Assembly (NCBI GenBank): GCA_965213625.1
Contig: CBDBZU010000004.1
Location: 2,656,001-2,720,000 of the forward strand
DNA length: 64,000 nucleotides
Direction of reading: 5' to 3'
Origin: a bacterium
GTDB lineage: Bacteria > UBA8248
The translations under genes and the position numbers were made by a program. Positions 29,208 through 39,599 of this stretch are shown in pieces (position 1 is the stretch's first letter; every line of letters starts with the position of its first letter). The notes under the pieces are model-generated. The model was not told where the DNA came from. It did no database searches and saw only the letters and a list, made by a program, of their open reading frames with translations.

Positions 29208-29687
29208 ATGCCCCATTTCATTTTTGACGCTTGCATCGGGTGTTCGGTATGCGAACCCGTCTGCCCCACGAAGGCCATTACGGGCGATCCGCGTGAAATA
29301 TACAAAATTGACCCCACGCTCTGTATCGACTGCGGCGTGTGCGGCAAGTATTGCCCGGCTTTCGCCATTCAGGACGATACGGGCGACATCATCAAGAACA
29401 TCAAGCACAAGGAAATGCCCAAAGCGTTCGTGCTGGAGGAGAACTGCACGGGCTGCATCTGGTGCGTGGACGTCTGCCCGTTTGACTGCATCCGCATGGC
29501 GCCCTCCTCTGTGGAGCGCGACCACAGCGCGGTGGCCGTGGTGGATCAGTCCACCTGCGTCGGCTGCCGTCTGTGCGAGGAGATTTGCAACAAGGGGGCG
29601 ATCATCGTGCCCAAGCACGACGACGAGTCCGAATACATGACGCCGTTCATGCACGAGTTCGTCACCTCGCCGCTGCGCGCATACTAA
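29208..29687 (+). CDS. Polyferredoxin with four 4Fe-4S motifs
   Basis: CIGCSVCEPVCP, CIDCGVCGKYCP, CTGCIWCVDVCP, CVGCRLCEEIC. Confidence 0.92.
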   Translation: MPHFIFDACIGCSVCEPVCPTKAITGDPREIYKIDPTLCIDCGVCGKYCPAFAIQDDTGDIIKNIKHKEMPKAFVLEENCTGCIWCVDVCPFDCIRMAPSSVERDHSAVAVVDQSTCVGCRLCEEICNKGAIIVPKHDDESEYMTPFMHEFVTSPLRAY

Positions 29688-29707
29688 GACGAGACATTCC
29701 ATATGTT

Positions 29708-29738
29708 GACTCCCCCGGAATCGGGGGAGTCTTTTTTT
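29708..29738 (+). terminator. Intrinsic terminator
   Basis: GACTCCCCCG-GAAT-CGGGGGAGTC followed by T7. Confidence 0.85.
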
Positions 29739-29870
29739 GTGCGAACTCCTTGACGCTATATCGGCGCTCAGGTAGCGTTTCCTTTGCAGGAGGCCCTATA
29801 TTCATTCCAAGGGTCTGATTTTGCTCTTTTTCGTCTTCAGGCCGAGCAAGTCGAAAGAGGAGGAAATTCG

Positions 29871-32108
29871 TTGCCTCCAGTTTTGACGTCACGCCCACCC
29901 GCCCGGATCATGGACATCGTCGATCTGGTCGAGGAATACTCGCCCGATTGCTCGGATCTGCTCACCAAAGCCTACATCTTCACGGCGAAGGTCCATAAGG
30001 GACAATCCCGCATTTCCGGTGAACCCTACATATCCCACCCGTTGGAAGTGGCCCGGCTTCTGGCGGAGTTGCGCCAGGACCCCGAGACCGTATGCGCGGG
30101 GCTTCTCCACGACACCGTGGAGGACACCGCCACGACGCTCAGGGAAGTTGACGAGCATTTCGGACATGACGTCGCCGAACTCGTGGACGGCGTCACGAAG
30201 CTCGCCAAAATCGACGTGTCGAACACACAGGTTCGTCAGGCGGAAAGCTACCGTAAGATGCTGATCGCCATGGCGAAGGACATTCGCGTCATCATCATCA
30301 AACTCGCAGACAGGCTCCACAACGCGCTGACCCTCCAGCATCTCCCCCAGAAAAGCCGGGAGCGTATTGCGCGGGAGACGGCGGAAATATACGCCCCGCT
30401 CGCCAACCGCATCGGCATCGGATGGCTCAAAGGGGCGCTCGAGGACGTGGCGTTCAAGCACTTGCATCCCAAGGAATTCCTGGAAATCGACGAGATGCTC
30501 CGCGACGGTCTCGAAGATCGCGAATCGTATATGGAGCTCATAATCGAGCAGGTGAAGGAGAGCCTGGAACTGGAAGGCGTCGGCGGCGCCGCGTCCGCCA
30601 GGTTCAAGCTCCACTCCAGCATCTATGAAAAAATGCAGACGCAAAACCTCGATTTCCATCAGGTGTACGACATTTGCGGCGTGAGGATCATCGTGGATTC
30701 CATGAAGGATTGTTACGCCGTATTGGGCGTCTTGCATTCGAAATGGACGCCCATCCCCGGACGCTTCAAGGATTACATCGCTCTTCCCAAGGCGAATCTG
30801 TACCAGTCTCTCCACACCACAGTCGTGGGGCCGGAAGGGCAGCGGGTGGAGTTCCAGATTCGCACCAATGAGATGCACCGTGTGGCGGAAGAGGGCATCG
30901 CCGCGCACTGGAAGTACAAGGAGGGTGATGAGGCCGATGACGACGGAATGGCCGACAAGTTCGAGTGGATCAGGAGAATCGTGGAGAGCCTGAACGAAGA
31001 GTCCGATCCCAGGAACCTGGTCGATTCCGTCAAGGTCAATCTGTTTCAGGATGAGGTGTTCGTCTTCACGCCCAGGGGCGAGGTGAAGAGCCTTCCGCGC
31101 GGGGCGACGCCGGTGGATTTCGCTTTCTCTATCCACACGGAGGTGGGCAGCCACTGCGTGGGCGCGAAGGTCAACGGAAAAATCACGCCGCTGAGTTCAC
31201 AGCTCGAGAATGGCGACATCGTCGAGATCATCACGAACCCGCACCGCAGGCCAAGTGCGGACTGGCTCAAGTTCGTCGTCACCGCCCGGGCGAAGCAGAA
31301 AATCAGAAACTGGATTAGACAGGAGCAGAAGGAACGCTCCCTCACGCTCGGCCAGGAGCTGCTCGAACACGAACTGGAGCGGTTCATAGAGAAGAAAGAA
31401 GTCGCCTCCTACAAGAAGCCCGCGGAATTGAAGGAGATGGCGCGATTCTTCGGGGTTCAGACCTATCAGGACGTGCTGGTATCGGTTGGATTCGGGCGCG
31501 TGTCCGCACGGCAGGTGGCGCACAAGCTGTTGCCGGAAAAACTCGTGAACGAGAGAGAGAAACGGGAGAAATCCCGTCTCAGGCGGCTTGTGAGTCGCGT
31601 GAGCCGCCACAAGAACAAAGCGGGCATCCTCGTGAAGGGCCAGGACGACGTCCTGATTCGTTACGGAAAATGCTGCCAGCCGATTCCGGGCGACGAAATT
31701 GTGGGTTTCATCACGCGCGGGCGCGGCGTGACGGTGCACAACGAGAGTTGTCCCAACATCAGGTCGCTGATGGACGAACAGGAGCGTCTGGTGGAGGTTT
31801 CCTGGGGCGAGGTCGACAAGGATCAGATGCATCTGGTGACGCTTGTCGTCGAAGCGCGCGACAGGCCGGGCGTGTTGGCAAACCTGAGCGCCGCCATCGC
31901 AAGTTGCGAGGCGAATATCTCCCGCGTGGCGGCCGAAGCCGCACAGGACAAGGCGGCGATTCGCCTGGACGTGCAAGTGCACGACCTCACCCAATTGAAC
32001 GACGTCGTCAAGAAGGTTCGTGAGGAGAAATTCATCCTCTCCGTCAACCGAATTGCGCCCGAGGTGGCCCCGGTCAAGGGGAAGGTGCCGCAGATTCCCA
32101 CGGAGTAG
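29871..32108 (+). CDS. rel: Bifunctional (p)ppGpp synthetase/hydrolase Rel
   Basis: HD domain LHDTVED, KLADRLHN, RFKD, YQSLHT, EFQIRT, TGS, CC and ACT domains; GAGGAGG before TTG 29871. Confidence 0.95.
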   Translation: MPPVLTSRPPARIMDIVDLVEEYSPDCSDLLTKAYIFTAKVHKGQSRISGEPYISHPLEVARLLAELRQDPETVCAGLLHDTVEDTATTLREVDEHFGHDVAELVDGVTKLAKIDVSNTQVRQAESYRKMLIAMAKDIRVIIIKLADRLHNALTLQHLPQKSRERIARETAEIYAPLANRIGIGWLKGALEDVAFKHLHPKEFLEIDEMLRDGLEDRESYMELIIEQVKESLELEGVGGAASARFKLHSSIYEKMQTQNLDFHQVYDICGVRIIVDSMKDCYAVLGVLHSKWTPIPGRFKDYIALPKANLYQSLHTTVVGPEGQRVEFQIRTNEMHRVAEEGIAAHWKYKEGDEADDDGMADKFEWIRRIVESLNEESDPRNLVDSVKVNLFQDEVFVFTPRGEVKSLPRGATPVDFAFSIHTEVGSHCVGAKVNGKITPLSSQLENGDIVEIITNPHRRPSADWLKFVVTARAKQKIRNWIRQEQKERSLTLGQELLEHELERFIEKKEVASYKKPAELKEMARFFGVQTYQDVLVSVGFGRVSARQVAHKLLPEKLVNEREKREKSRLRRLVSRVSRHKNKAGILVKGQDDVLIRYGKCCQPIPGDEIVGFITRGRGVTVHNESCPNIRSLMDEQERLVEVSWGEVDKDQMHLVTLVVEARDRPGVLANLSAAIASCEANISRVAAEAAQDKAAIRLDVQVHDLTQLNDVVKKVREEKFILSVNRIAPEVAPVKGKVPQIPTE

Positions 32109-32215
32109 GACTCTTTCTCGCAGCTTCGGCCCAATGCGTACACCCCGGATGCTTCATCGATAACTCGATTTGTACTGAAAATATCCCGCCCGTCTCATGA
32201 ATCGATTCTAAACCA

Positions 32216-32905
32216 ATGGCCGACTTGCTCCATCATCCCTGGGAGATTGCGCCTGCCGAAGCCGTCCGGCTTCAAAAAGCGCTTCAAGAGCGTCTGGTGC
32301 TGCGGCCGCTGTCGGCCCCGCCGAAAACGATAGCGGGCGCGGACATTTCATCCGAATGGCGTGGGCATTCCGGAGTGGGCGGCATGGTCGTATTCTCCTG
32401 GCCGGATATGCAGCTCATCGACGAATCATTCCATAGCGGTGAATTAAAATTCCCTTATGTTCCGGGGCTGCTCTCTTTTCGGGAAGGATATTTGCTCGAA
32501 AAAGCTTATACGGGCTTGAGGGAAAAACCGGACCTCATCATCTTCGACGGGCAGGGAACGGCCCATCCCAGGGGGTTCGGCATTGCCTCGCATTTGGGAT
32601 TGCGCCTGGGTCTGCCTGCCATCGGATGCGCCAAAAGCCGCCTGTTCGGCGATGCCGCCGAGCCGCCCGGGGAGGAGAAGGGCGATTGGCGGTACCTGCA
32701 TTCACCGGGTGGGCGGGAGATAGGCGCGGTCCTCAGGACGAGGAGGGGAGTCAAGCCCGTGTACGTTTCTCCCGGCCACCTTATCGACATCGAAGATTCG
32801 GTCCACTGGGTGCTCGCTGCCACCTCGAGGTTCCGCCTCCCCGAGGTGATACGCGCGGCCCACAGACGCGTGAACGAGGAGCGGAAGATGCGGAAAAGAG
32901 CATAA
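32216..32905 (+). CDS. nfi: Endonuclease V
   Basis: GADIS, FPYVPGLLSFRE, DGQGTAHPR, GCAKS, YVSPGH. Confidence 0.95.
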   Translation: MADLLHHPWEIAPAEAVRLQKALQERLVLRPLSAPPKTIAGADISSEWRGHSGVGGMVVFSWPDMQLIDESFHSGELKFPYVPGLLSFREGYLLEKAYTGLREKPDLIIFDGQGTAHPRGFGIASHLGLRLGLPAIGCAKSRLFGDAAEPPGEEKGDWRYLHSPGGREIGAVLRTRRGVKPVYVSPGHLIDIEDSVHWVLAATSRFRLPEVIRAAHRRVNEERKMRKRA

Positions 32906-32933
32906 AAAAAGCGCCCCGTTCGAGGCGCTTTTT
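32906..32933. terminator. Bidirectional intrinsic terminator between convergent genes
   Basis: AAAAAGCGCC...GGCGCTTTTT. Confidence 0.75.
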
Positions 32934-32950
32934 GTGTGTGAAGTTGAAGT

Positions 32951-35899
32951 CTAGCCAGGCGATGCGTCACTCGTGGTTTGTTTGTCCTGCGCCTCTTTAT
33001 CGGGTTTATCCGTTTGGGGTGCCTCGTTCTTCGCACTCGATTCGGCAGGCTTTGTAAATTTCTTCTCAATCATCAGGTAATCGCGCATCGCACGGATTTG
33101 CCGGTACGCGTCACCCCCGAGGAGTTCTTCGTCGATGGGCTCGCCGTGGCTCTCTACCGTCGCTTTGCCGATGGTTTTTCCGAGGTCGGTGGGCGAGGAA
33201 ATGGTCATTTTTTTCTCATCGATGCCCGTCACCTTGACAAGATGGGTAGCGCCTCCGACCCGCAGGGTGGCGAATTGCTCTTCCGGCAATTCGACTTCCT
33301 TGGTGGCTTCGAGCTCGTAGATGAACAGGTCGTCTTCCTTTTCTCCCTGGACGCCCTTGACGATTTCGGCCACCGAGCCCGCACCCTCGAAGAAGTTCGG
33401 CATCTTGGTTCCGGGCTGGATTCTGCCCGGATATATCAGCCAGTCAACAATCCAGTCGGGCCGTAGGCGATTCTTGGCGAACGAGAGGTTCGGTGCCGTC
33501 GGGGGTTCCTGCCCCGGCGGGGGCGGCCATGCGCCATGACAGGCCAAGCATTCGGCCATCTCGAAGAGTTGCTTTCCGGCCTTGTAGTTTTCCGTGCTCA
33601 CGCTGGTGGCGTCGAAATGGATGTAAGGGTTCAGTTTCGAGTCCAGAGCGGCGAAGTAGTCCACGAGGGCCGCTGCGTCCTCGCCGGGCATCTGGAAGCT
33701 GGGCATCCGCACCTTAAGCCACGGCCTCAGCGTCACGACGTTGCGCAGGAAGCCGAAGAACCAATCGGGCTGTACTTTTCTGCCTTCGCCGTTAAGCAGG
33801 GGAGGGCCGTTCGTCTTATCCTCATAGCGCCTGAGCAGGTCGCCGCCCCAGTTTTCGATGACGTGGCAGCCGTTGCAGTTGTATTTCTCGATCATCCGGC
33901 GGCCGTTTTCGATACGCCGGGCGCGCGTGTCGAGCACCTGGTGGACACTGTGCGGCGCGCCGTGCGGCGTCATGGAGCGCAGCAGGGTGCGTATGGAGGA
34001 GACCTCCGCGTCCGAGAATTCGAAGTTCGGCATGAGCAGCGTCTCGCGCTCTGTCTGGTAGAGCTGCGGGTTTTTCAGCTTGCCGAACGTCCAGGATTCC
34101 CATGTATGGGGCATGTCCACCACGTTGCCGAACGATAGCTCGAACGGCTTTTTGGCGGCGAAGCGAGTCAAGTCCGGCCCGATCTTGGAGAGCTTCTCCG
34201 TGCCGGGTATGACGTGGCAGCCGAAACATCCTCGCGTCGCCACGAGTTTCTTGCCGCGCTCAAAGGAGGCCTCATCGCCGAGTTTCCGGGGCTTGGGCCG
34301 TTTCGAGGCGGGTGTGAGGCTGACGAGGTAAGTGGTTACTGCACTCGCCTCCTCATCCGTGAGGCGCAGGCTCGGCATCTTGGTGTCGTGCCAGTATGAC
34401 TTGGGGTTCTTGAGCCACCGGAACAGCCAGTCAGGCTGGACCTTGGCGCCGATGTTCTGGAGCGCCGGTGCGAAATCGCGGTTCCTGTAGACGATTGGCC
34501 TGCCGTTCACGCCCTCGAGCGGGGGGCCGAGTTCCAGGTCTTTTTCGTTGCGGATGTGGCAACTCAGGCATCCGACTTCTTCGAAGGTGGATTTTCCTTT
34601 TGCAATCATCGCTGCGTCATCAAGGGCGGGGAATTTAGCCGATTCCACCTTGCGCGGGCCCTGCCGCCAGACGTAAGTGGCGATGTCCAGCGCTTCCTGG
34701 TCCGTCAGGCTGAAATAGGGCATGCGGGTACGCGGGTTGTAGTCTTTCGGCCTCTTGACCCAGGAGACGAGCCAGGAGGGTGATACTTTCTCCTGGATTC
34801 TCGAGAGGTCGGGCCCCACCTTGCGCAGGCCTTCCGTGCCCGGGAGGGTGTGGCAGCCGTTGCAGCCCAGTTCCCGGGTGAGTGAGATCCCGCGCGAGAT
34901 TTTAGGCGCCTCGGGGATATTGAAAATCTCGGTGTGGCAGCTTCTACACTTGGTCTGCGTTTCGCTGCCGTGGAGAAGGGGGTCTTCCCAGAATTGCACA
35001 TGGCCGTGGGCCGTGTTGAGGCTGGTGACGGCCGACCCTTGTCCTCCGTGGCAAAGCGTGCAGCCGACCTTGTTGAATTCGTGCGTCGATAGATAAAGGC
35101 GTCTGTTGGGGTGAGTGCGGAACGGCTGGGGCGCATTCTCGAAGCCCGCCCGGTTGATCCCTAAATGACACGTCTGGCACCGTTCCACCTTCATCACCGG
35201 TTCGTTGAAGTTGTTTCGTTCGTATTCGCGTAGGACGAGCTGGTTGATCTCGTAGGGGCGGGCGGCGATGCCTTGCAGCCGCCGCTCCTGGAAGGAAATG
35301 TCGCCCGCTACTTTTCGTCTCGTCGCCTGGAGCGTTTTCAGCTCATTTTCCTTGGCTTCGATTTTCGCCTTAATCGCGTCTCTCGCTGCTTCGGCCTTTG
35401 CCGCGACGGGCGTTATCTCATCGAGCAGGGCCTTGGCCTCGTCGACTTCCTTTTGCTCGGCTTCTTTATCGTGTCCTTGCCGAATGGCTTCCTGGAGATA
35501 GAAGTAGGACTGATCGTAAAGCGCTTTTCTGAAACCCAGTTCCTGCACTTTCTCGAAAGCGTCCAACTCGCTCTTCGTGAGTTCTTCCTTGAGTTGTTTG
35601 AGTTCCTCGTCACCCGCAAGATTTTGTTGTTGCTCGGTGATTTTCTTGTCGAGCTCGGAGACCGCGGAACCCGTTGTTTTTTTGAGTTTGGCGAGTTCTT
35701 TCTCTACCTGTGTTTTTTCATAGGCGTTGAACTGTTTCTGGTATTGTTTCCAGGGTCTGCGCGTGAACGCCTCGTCCCAGACGGTCCAGAACGTCACGGC
35801 GACCATGACGAGTCCCAGGATGAAAAACGTGATAGGACTGGTCTTCTCTTCCGGAGGTTTGAAATCTCGACCTTGCATCTTGAAAAAACGCTCCCCCAC
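32951..35899 (-). CDS. Membrane-anchored octaheme cytochrome c with coiled-coil stalk
   Basis: N-terminal TM, long coiled coil, eight CxxCH (CQTCH, CTLCH, CRSCH, CNGCH, CLSCH, CFGCH, CNGCH, CLACH), repeated GPDL...MP class I domains. Confidence 0.9.
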   Translation of the reverse strand: MGERFFKMQGRDFKPPEEKTSPITFFILGLVMVAVTFWTVWDEAFTRRPWKQYQKQFNAYEKTQVEKELAKLKKTTGSAVSELDKKITEQQQNLAGDEELKQLKEELTKSELDAFEKVQELGFRKALYDQSYFYLQEAIRQGHDKEAEQKEVDEAKALLDEITPVAAKAEAARDAIKAKIEAKENELKTLQATRRKVAGDISFQERRLQGIAARPYEINQLVLREYERNNFNEPVMKVERCQTCHLGINRAGFENAPQPFRTHPNRRLYLSTHEFNKVGCTLCHGGQGSAVTSLNTAHGHVQFWEDPLLHGSETQTKCRSCHTEIFNIPEAPKISRGISLTRELGCNGCHTLPGTEGLRKVGPDLSRIQEKVSPSWLVSWVKRPKDYNPRTRMPYFSLTDQEALDIATYVWRQGPRKVESAKFPALDDAAMIAKGKSTFEEVGCLSCHIRNEKDLELGPPLEGVNGRPIVYRNRDFAPALQNIGAKVQPDWLFRWLKNPKSYWHDTKMPSLRLTDEEASAVTTYLVSLTPASKRPKPRKLGDEASFERGKKLVATRGCFGCHVIPGTEKLSKIGPDLTRFAAKKPFELSFGNVVDMPHTWESWTFGKLKNPQLYQTERETLLMPNFEFSDAEVSSIRTLLRSMTPHGAPHSVHQVLDTRARRIENGRRMIEKYNCNGCHVIENWGGDLLRRYEDKTNGPPLLNGEGRKVQPDWFFGFLRNVVTLRPWLKVRMPSFQMPGEDAAALVDYFAALDSKLNPYIHFDATSVSTENYKAGKQLFEMAECLACHGAWPPPPGQEPPTAPNLSFAKNRLRPDWIVDWLIYPGRIQPGTKMPNFFEGAGSVAEIVKGVQGEKEDDLFIYELEATKEVELPEEQFATLRVGGATHLVKVTGIDEKKMTISSPTDLGKTIGKATVESHGEPIDEELLGGDAYRQIRAMRDYLMIEKKFTKPAESSAKNEAPQTDKPDKEAQDKQTTSDASPG

Positions 35900-36099
35900 C
35901 GGCGTTCTGAGCGGAAATGCCGGGTTTCTAGGCTAAAATCCGGCTGATTATAGGTATGAGCAGGACGGGCGTCAACCGTGTAGCGGGTAGTTTTGACTTA
36001 GCGCAATTACGCCTGAATACGGGGAATATATGCTGAAAACACAAGGTGGTTCAGGGAGATGACTGCGGGCGTGTATATTCCGCGTCGTCTCGCCTCGAG

Positions 36100-39000
36100 C
36101 TATTCATTTTGACTTCTGATGATGCCGGCGAGCTGGCCGATGATGGCGATAGAGATGGTGGGGTGCTCGTGGATCAGTTCGAGAAGAGGTTCTTTCTCGA
36201 TGCCCAGCAGTGAGGTGTCCTTGCTCGCGCGCGCGCCTGCGCTTCTGCCCTCATCGCCGAAGAGCGCGATTTCACCGAACGAGGCCGTGCGGTCGAGGGT
36301 GGCGAGGATCTTCGGCTCCCCGTTCTCCTGGTTGAGAATGATTTCAATTTCCCCGTCCACGATAACGTAGAGGTAATCGCAAGGGTCACCCTGTTCGAAA
36401 AGAACTGTTCCCGACTCTATCTGGATTTCCCTGGAAATGTTGCTCAGTATTTTCAGTTCATCCGCGCTCATCGTTTCGAACATGTTGACGCCTTTTAGAA
36501 ACAGGGCTTTTTCGATTGTCGAGAGCATGAATGTCTCCTGTCCGGATTGAATGTCGCCCTCTGCACCGCGATTGCTACGTTCGCGGCGCACCTGGATGCG
36601 CACCAGTTGATTCTCGTCATTCTCCATGGTTCTCAATAACGACTCAGCATCGTCATCATCTTTCCCGATTATTCTCAATGCGGCAACCGCGGCCTCTCGG
36701 ACGTAGGGGTCGCCCTCTGACGCATGCGCCTTGAATTGCTTGCACCACTCGGGTGTCGTTCCATCCGCTACGCTTTCAAGATGTTTCCCCGCCGCATCGA
36801 CGGCGATGGCCTGAAGCCAGGCGTTCCCCGAAGCCATATATGTCGTCAGCACCTTGTCAATCGATTCTTCAGGCATGTCCCATATTTTCCTGCCTTCGGA
36901 AACTTTATCGGCCGTCGATCTGCCCAGCAGCAGAGGTTCTAAAGCCAGAATCATGAGTCTCGTGTTGCCTGCCGAAGAGAAGTTCGAGAGCGTCTCGATG
37001 GCGATCGCCCTCGATGAGGAGCCGCCCCGGGCGAGAGATTCCGACACGGTGTCCACCGTTTTTTCATCCCCTATTACACCCAACAACTCGAGCAGGACGA
37101 GCTGTCTTTCCTCGACGACGTCTTCGAGCGCTTTTCTCAACATCGTGAAGGCGGATGCGTTTTCCCGGCGTTCGATAACGTGAAGGTGGTTGATGACGTC
37201 ATACACCTCCTTCAGGTGCTCCACGGCGAACCCGGAGAGGGAGTCCACGATTTCCTGAGCGCCCATCTCGCGGGAGCCGTTATTTCCGCTTCTGAACAAT
37301 AGCGGGGCGAGAAACGAAAACATCCCGGAGCCTTCGAGAGACAGGGTTCCTTTTCGCTTCATGTTCTTAAGCGATTCGACGGCCTCTCCTCTCACCAGGG
37401 AATCGACGTCCGAAAGAGCGGCCAGAACGAGGTCGAAGTTTTCACGCGAGCTCTTGTTGCCCAGTTGCCGGACGCCTCTGCGCCTGATGGCCGCACTCTC
37501 ATCCGAGGTGGTCACCCGAAGGACTTCCTCCATGCTCTCCTCGTCGACCCCCTGGTTCGCGGCCAGAACTTCTATCGCCTCCAAAGCGGCTTCACGGACT
37601 TTCTCCTCCTCCTGGTAGAGATAGGGAATCAAGCGTTTAATGAAGCGCGGGTTCTGAAGTTCCCCCATGCACCGCAGGGCGCAGATTCTGGCCGCTGCGT
37701 CTTCTTCGTTCAGCATCCGGTGCAGCGTTTGCAGGCCGTTGGCGAGCCAGAACAGATCGTCGGAGCGGACGAGAAGCTCGACGGCGCGCGCCCTGACTTC
37801 GGGTGAGTCGTCTTCCAGGTTTTCATGCACGAACTCTGCCGTCTCATCGGTCAGCCCGATGCTTTCCGCCGCATCCATGGCGGCGCACTGAAGGACGGAC
37901 TCACCGCAGGTGAGGTGTTGTTTCAGCAAAGGTCGCATTTGCTCGCCCTCTTCGGCTCCTGGAGCCTTGGCGAGAATTTTGAGCAACTCGGCCGCCGCGT
38001 GTCCTTCTCGTCGGGGAATTTCTTCGAGAATGATTTGAAAAGTTTCGCTTCTGCCGCTTTCCGCCATCATCTGCGCGGTGAAGACGCAGAGCTCGTCATC
38101 GCCCTCGCGAATATTTTTCCTGAGTGTCGCCATGCTCTCATCGTCAACCGGGCCGTATCCCTCTTGGGCGTAGCGGAACAGCCCCAGGTTTCTCTCCTCG
38201 AGCATCCGGCGCAGTGCGGCGCTGTATTCATGGCGTACGAAAAACCCTGTGGCCAGATAAGCGAAGGCGATGAACAAGGAGATGAGCGCCACCCAGCCTG
38301 CGCTCAAGGGGAATAGGGCGAGGCCGGTGGGTTTGATGATGAGCAGGGCGACGCCGCTGACGATACTTGCCACTGCCACCACCTGGCCTGCGACGAACGC
38401 GCCCACGCGCGCGCGGATAGAGGGGGAGACGGCATTATAGAGCAGGGCGTTTATGGCGTTTCGAATCGACTCCTGGAGGTTCTTGTTGTTGAAGCGCAGG
38501 AAGACGGCGGAATAAAACCCGGGCGAAATCGCCATGCCCGCGAGACCGATGATGGTCGTAAGCGGATAGAGGAGGTTCGCCGTTCCCAGTCCGAGCCGCT
38601 TGATGATGCGCGGGGTGATGAACGTCTGGACGAGCAGCGAGAAGGCGCTACCGATGGCGGTGAAATACCCGAGGAACGAGGCGAGCTGCGCGCGGTCGGG
38701 AAAAGCCTCGCGGAAGACGAGGCTGTACTGGAAATCCTGGAAACTCCTGAGAATCACCACGATGAAACTGAATAGCGCGAACGCGCAGACGTACCGGTTC
38801 GTCCGCATAAGCGCGAGGTTGCCGCCTTTTGAGGCCGTTTTCTTCGTCGTTTTGCGTTTTTTTGGGCCTGCATCTTCGATCAGGTGGTCCTTGAGCCGCC
38901 ATTCGGCGTATTGGACCACCCCGATACTGACGACGATGGCGCCGATCCACACATAGAGCAGGTTCGAGACGCTCCCCAGTACGGGGATGAGCAGCGGAAT

Positions 39001-39501
39001 GGCCAGACCGCCCAGTATGCCGCCATAGCGGCCCCCTGTCAGGATGATCGGAACCAGCCGCTTGGATTGCAAGACGTCCAAGTACTGGCCGTACAGAGCG
39101 CGGAAATTGTTCGGCAGCATGTTCGTGAACATGACGAACAGCGTGTGGAGAAGCGGGAAAGCGATGGGCATCGCATAGGCGCGGAAATCCGCGAATATGA
39201 GTAGCTTGATACCGAAAACGAGCGCGATGAAAAAAATCAAGACGGTCTTGAACATCGCCGGAATCGAGAGTTTTTCGGTCAGTGATGAGTAGAAAGTGCT
39301 GATGAAGATGATCATCAGGGCGTTGAATATGTACATATAGGGGAGAAAACCCGGGCCGACTTCCGAGAGGAACAACGCTTCGGATACGGTGAGCCCGATG
39401 GAGAACTGGATCCCGATCAGGAAGTAGAAGAAAAAGAACACGGAGAAGACGAGCAACTCCTCTTCCTGGATGTTGAACGCTTTTTTGAGGAGTTTCGCCA
39501 T
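36100..39501 (-). CDS. NTT/MFS-like membrane domain + HEAT repeats + C-terminal cNMP-binding domain fusion
   Basis: About 12 TM (ALFLSEVG..LPYMY, QSKRLVPII), HEAT repeats (EDDSPEVRARA, DVDSLVRGEA, DPYVREAA), cNMP-binding LFEQGD..FGEIAL..RSA. Confidence 0.85.
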   Translation of the reverse strand: MAKLLKKAFNIQEEELLVFSVFFFFYFLIGIQFSIGLTVSEALFLSEVGPGFLPYMYIFNALMIIFISTFYSSLTEKLSIPAMFKTVLIFFIALVFGIKLLIFADFRAYAMPIAFPLLHTLFVMFTNMLPNNFRALYGQYLDVLQSKRLVPIILTGGRYGGILGGLAIPLLIPVLGSVSNLLYVWIGAIVVSIGVVQYAEWRLKDHLIEDAGPKKRKTTKKTASKGGNLALMRTNRYVCAFALFSFIVVILRSFQDFQYSLVFREAFPDRAQLASFLGYFTAIGSAFSLLVQTFITPRIIKRLGLGTANLLYPLTTIIGLAGMAISPGFYSAVFLRFNNKNLQESIRNAINALLYNAVSPSIRARVGAFVAGQVVAVASIVSGVALLIIKPTGLALFPLSAGWVALISLFIAFAYLATGFFVRHEYSAALRRMLEERNLGLFRYAQEGYGPVDDESMATLRKNIREGDDELCVFTAQMMAESGRSETFQIILEEIPRREGHAAAELLKILAKAPGAEEGEQMRPLLKQHLTCGESVLQCAAMDAAESIGLTDETAEFVHENLEDDSPEVRARAVELLVRSDDLFWLANGLQTLHRMLNEEDAAARICALRCMGELQNPRFIKRLIPYLYQEEEKVREAALEAIEVLAANQGVDEESMEEVLRVTTSDESAAIRRRGVRQLGNKSSRENFDLVLAALSDVDSLVRGEAVESLKNMKRKGTLSLEGSGMFSFLAPLLFRSGNNGSREMGAQEIVDSLSGFAVEHLKEVYDVINHLHVIERRENASAFTMLRKALEDVVEERQLVLLELLGVIGDEKTVDTVSESLARGGSSSRAIAIETLSNFSSAGNTRLMILALEPLLLGRSTADKVSEGRKIWDMPEESIDKVLTTYMASGNAWLQAIAVDAAGKHLESVADGTTPEWCKQFKAHASEGDPYVREAAVAALRIIGKDDDDAESLLRTMENDENQLVRIQVRRERSNRGAEGDIQSGQETFMLSTIEKALFLKGVNMFETMSADELKILSNISREIQIESGTVLFEQGDPCDYLYVIVDGEIEIILNQENGEPKILATLDRTASFGEIALFGDEGRSAGARASKDTSLLGIEKEPLLELIHEHPTISIAIIGQLAGIIRSQNE

Positions 39502-39599
39502 ATCGGTCACTTCTAGAGCGCAGGAGGAGGAGCCTTCGCGCGAGTCTTGCCCCGTGAGATGCCTGTAGTGATGACAAACGCGACCCGGCTGATTCTAGC

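Noticed and set aside
32951-35899. Hydroxylamine oxidoreductase-type octaheme enzyme
   Set aside because: The heme motifs are spread over repeated class I His/Met-type domains (CxxCH..GPDL..MP), unlike HAO spacing
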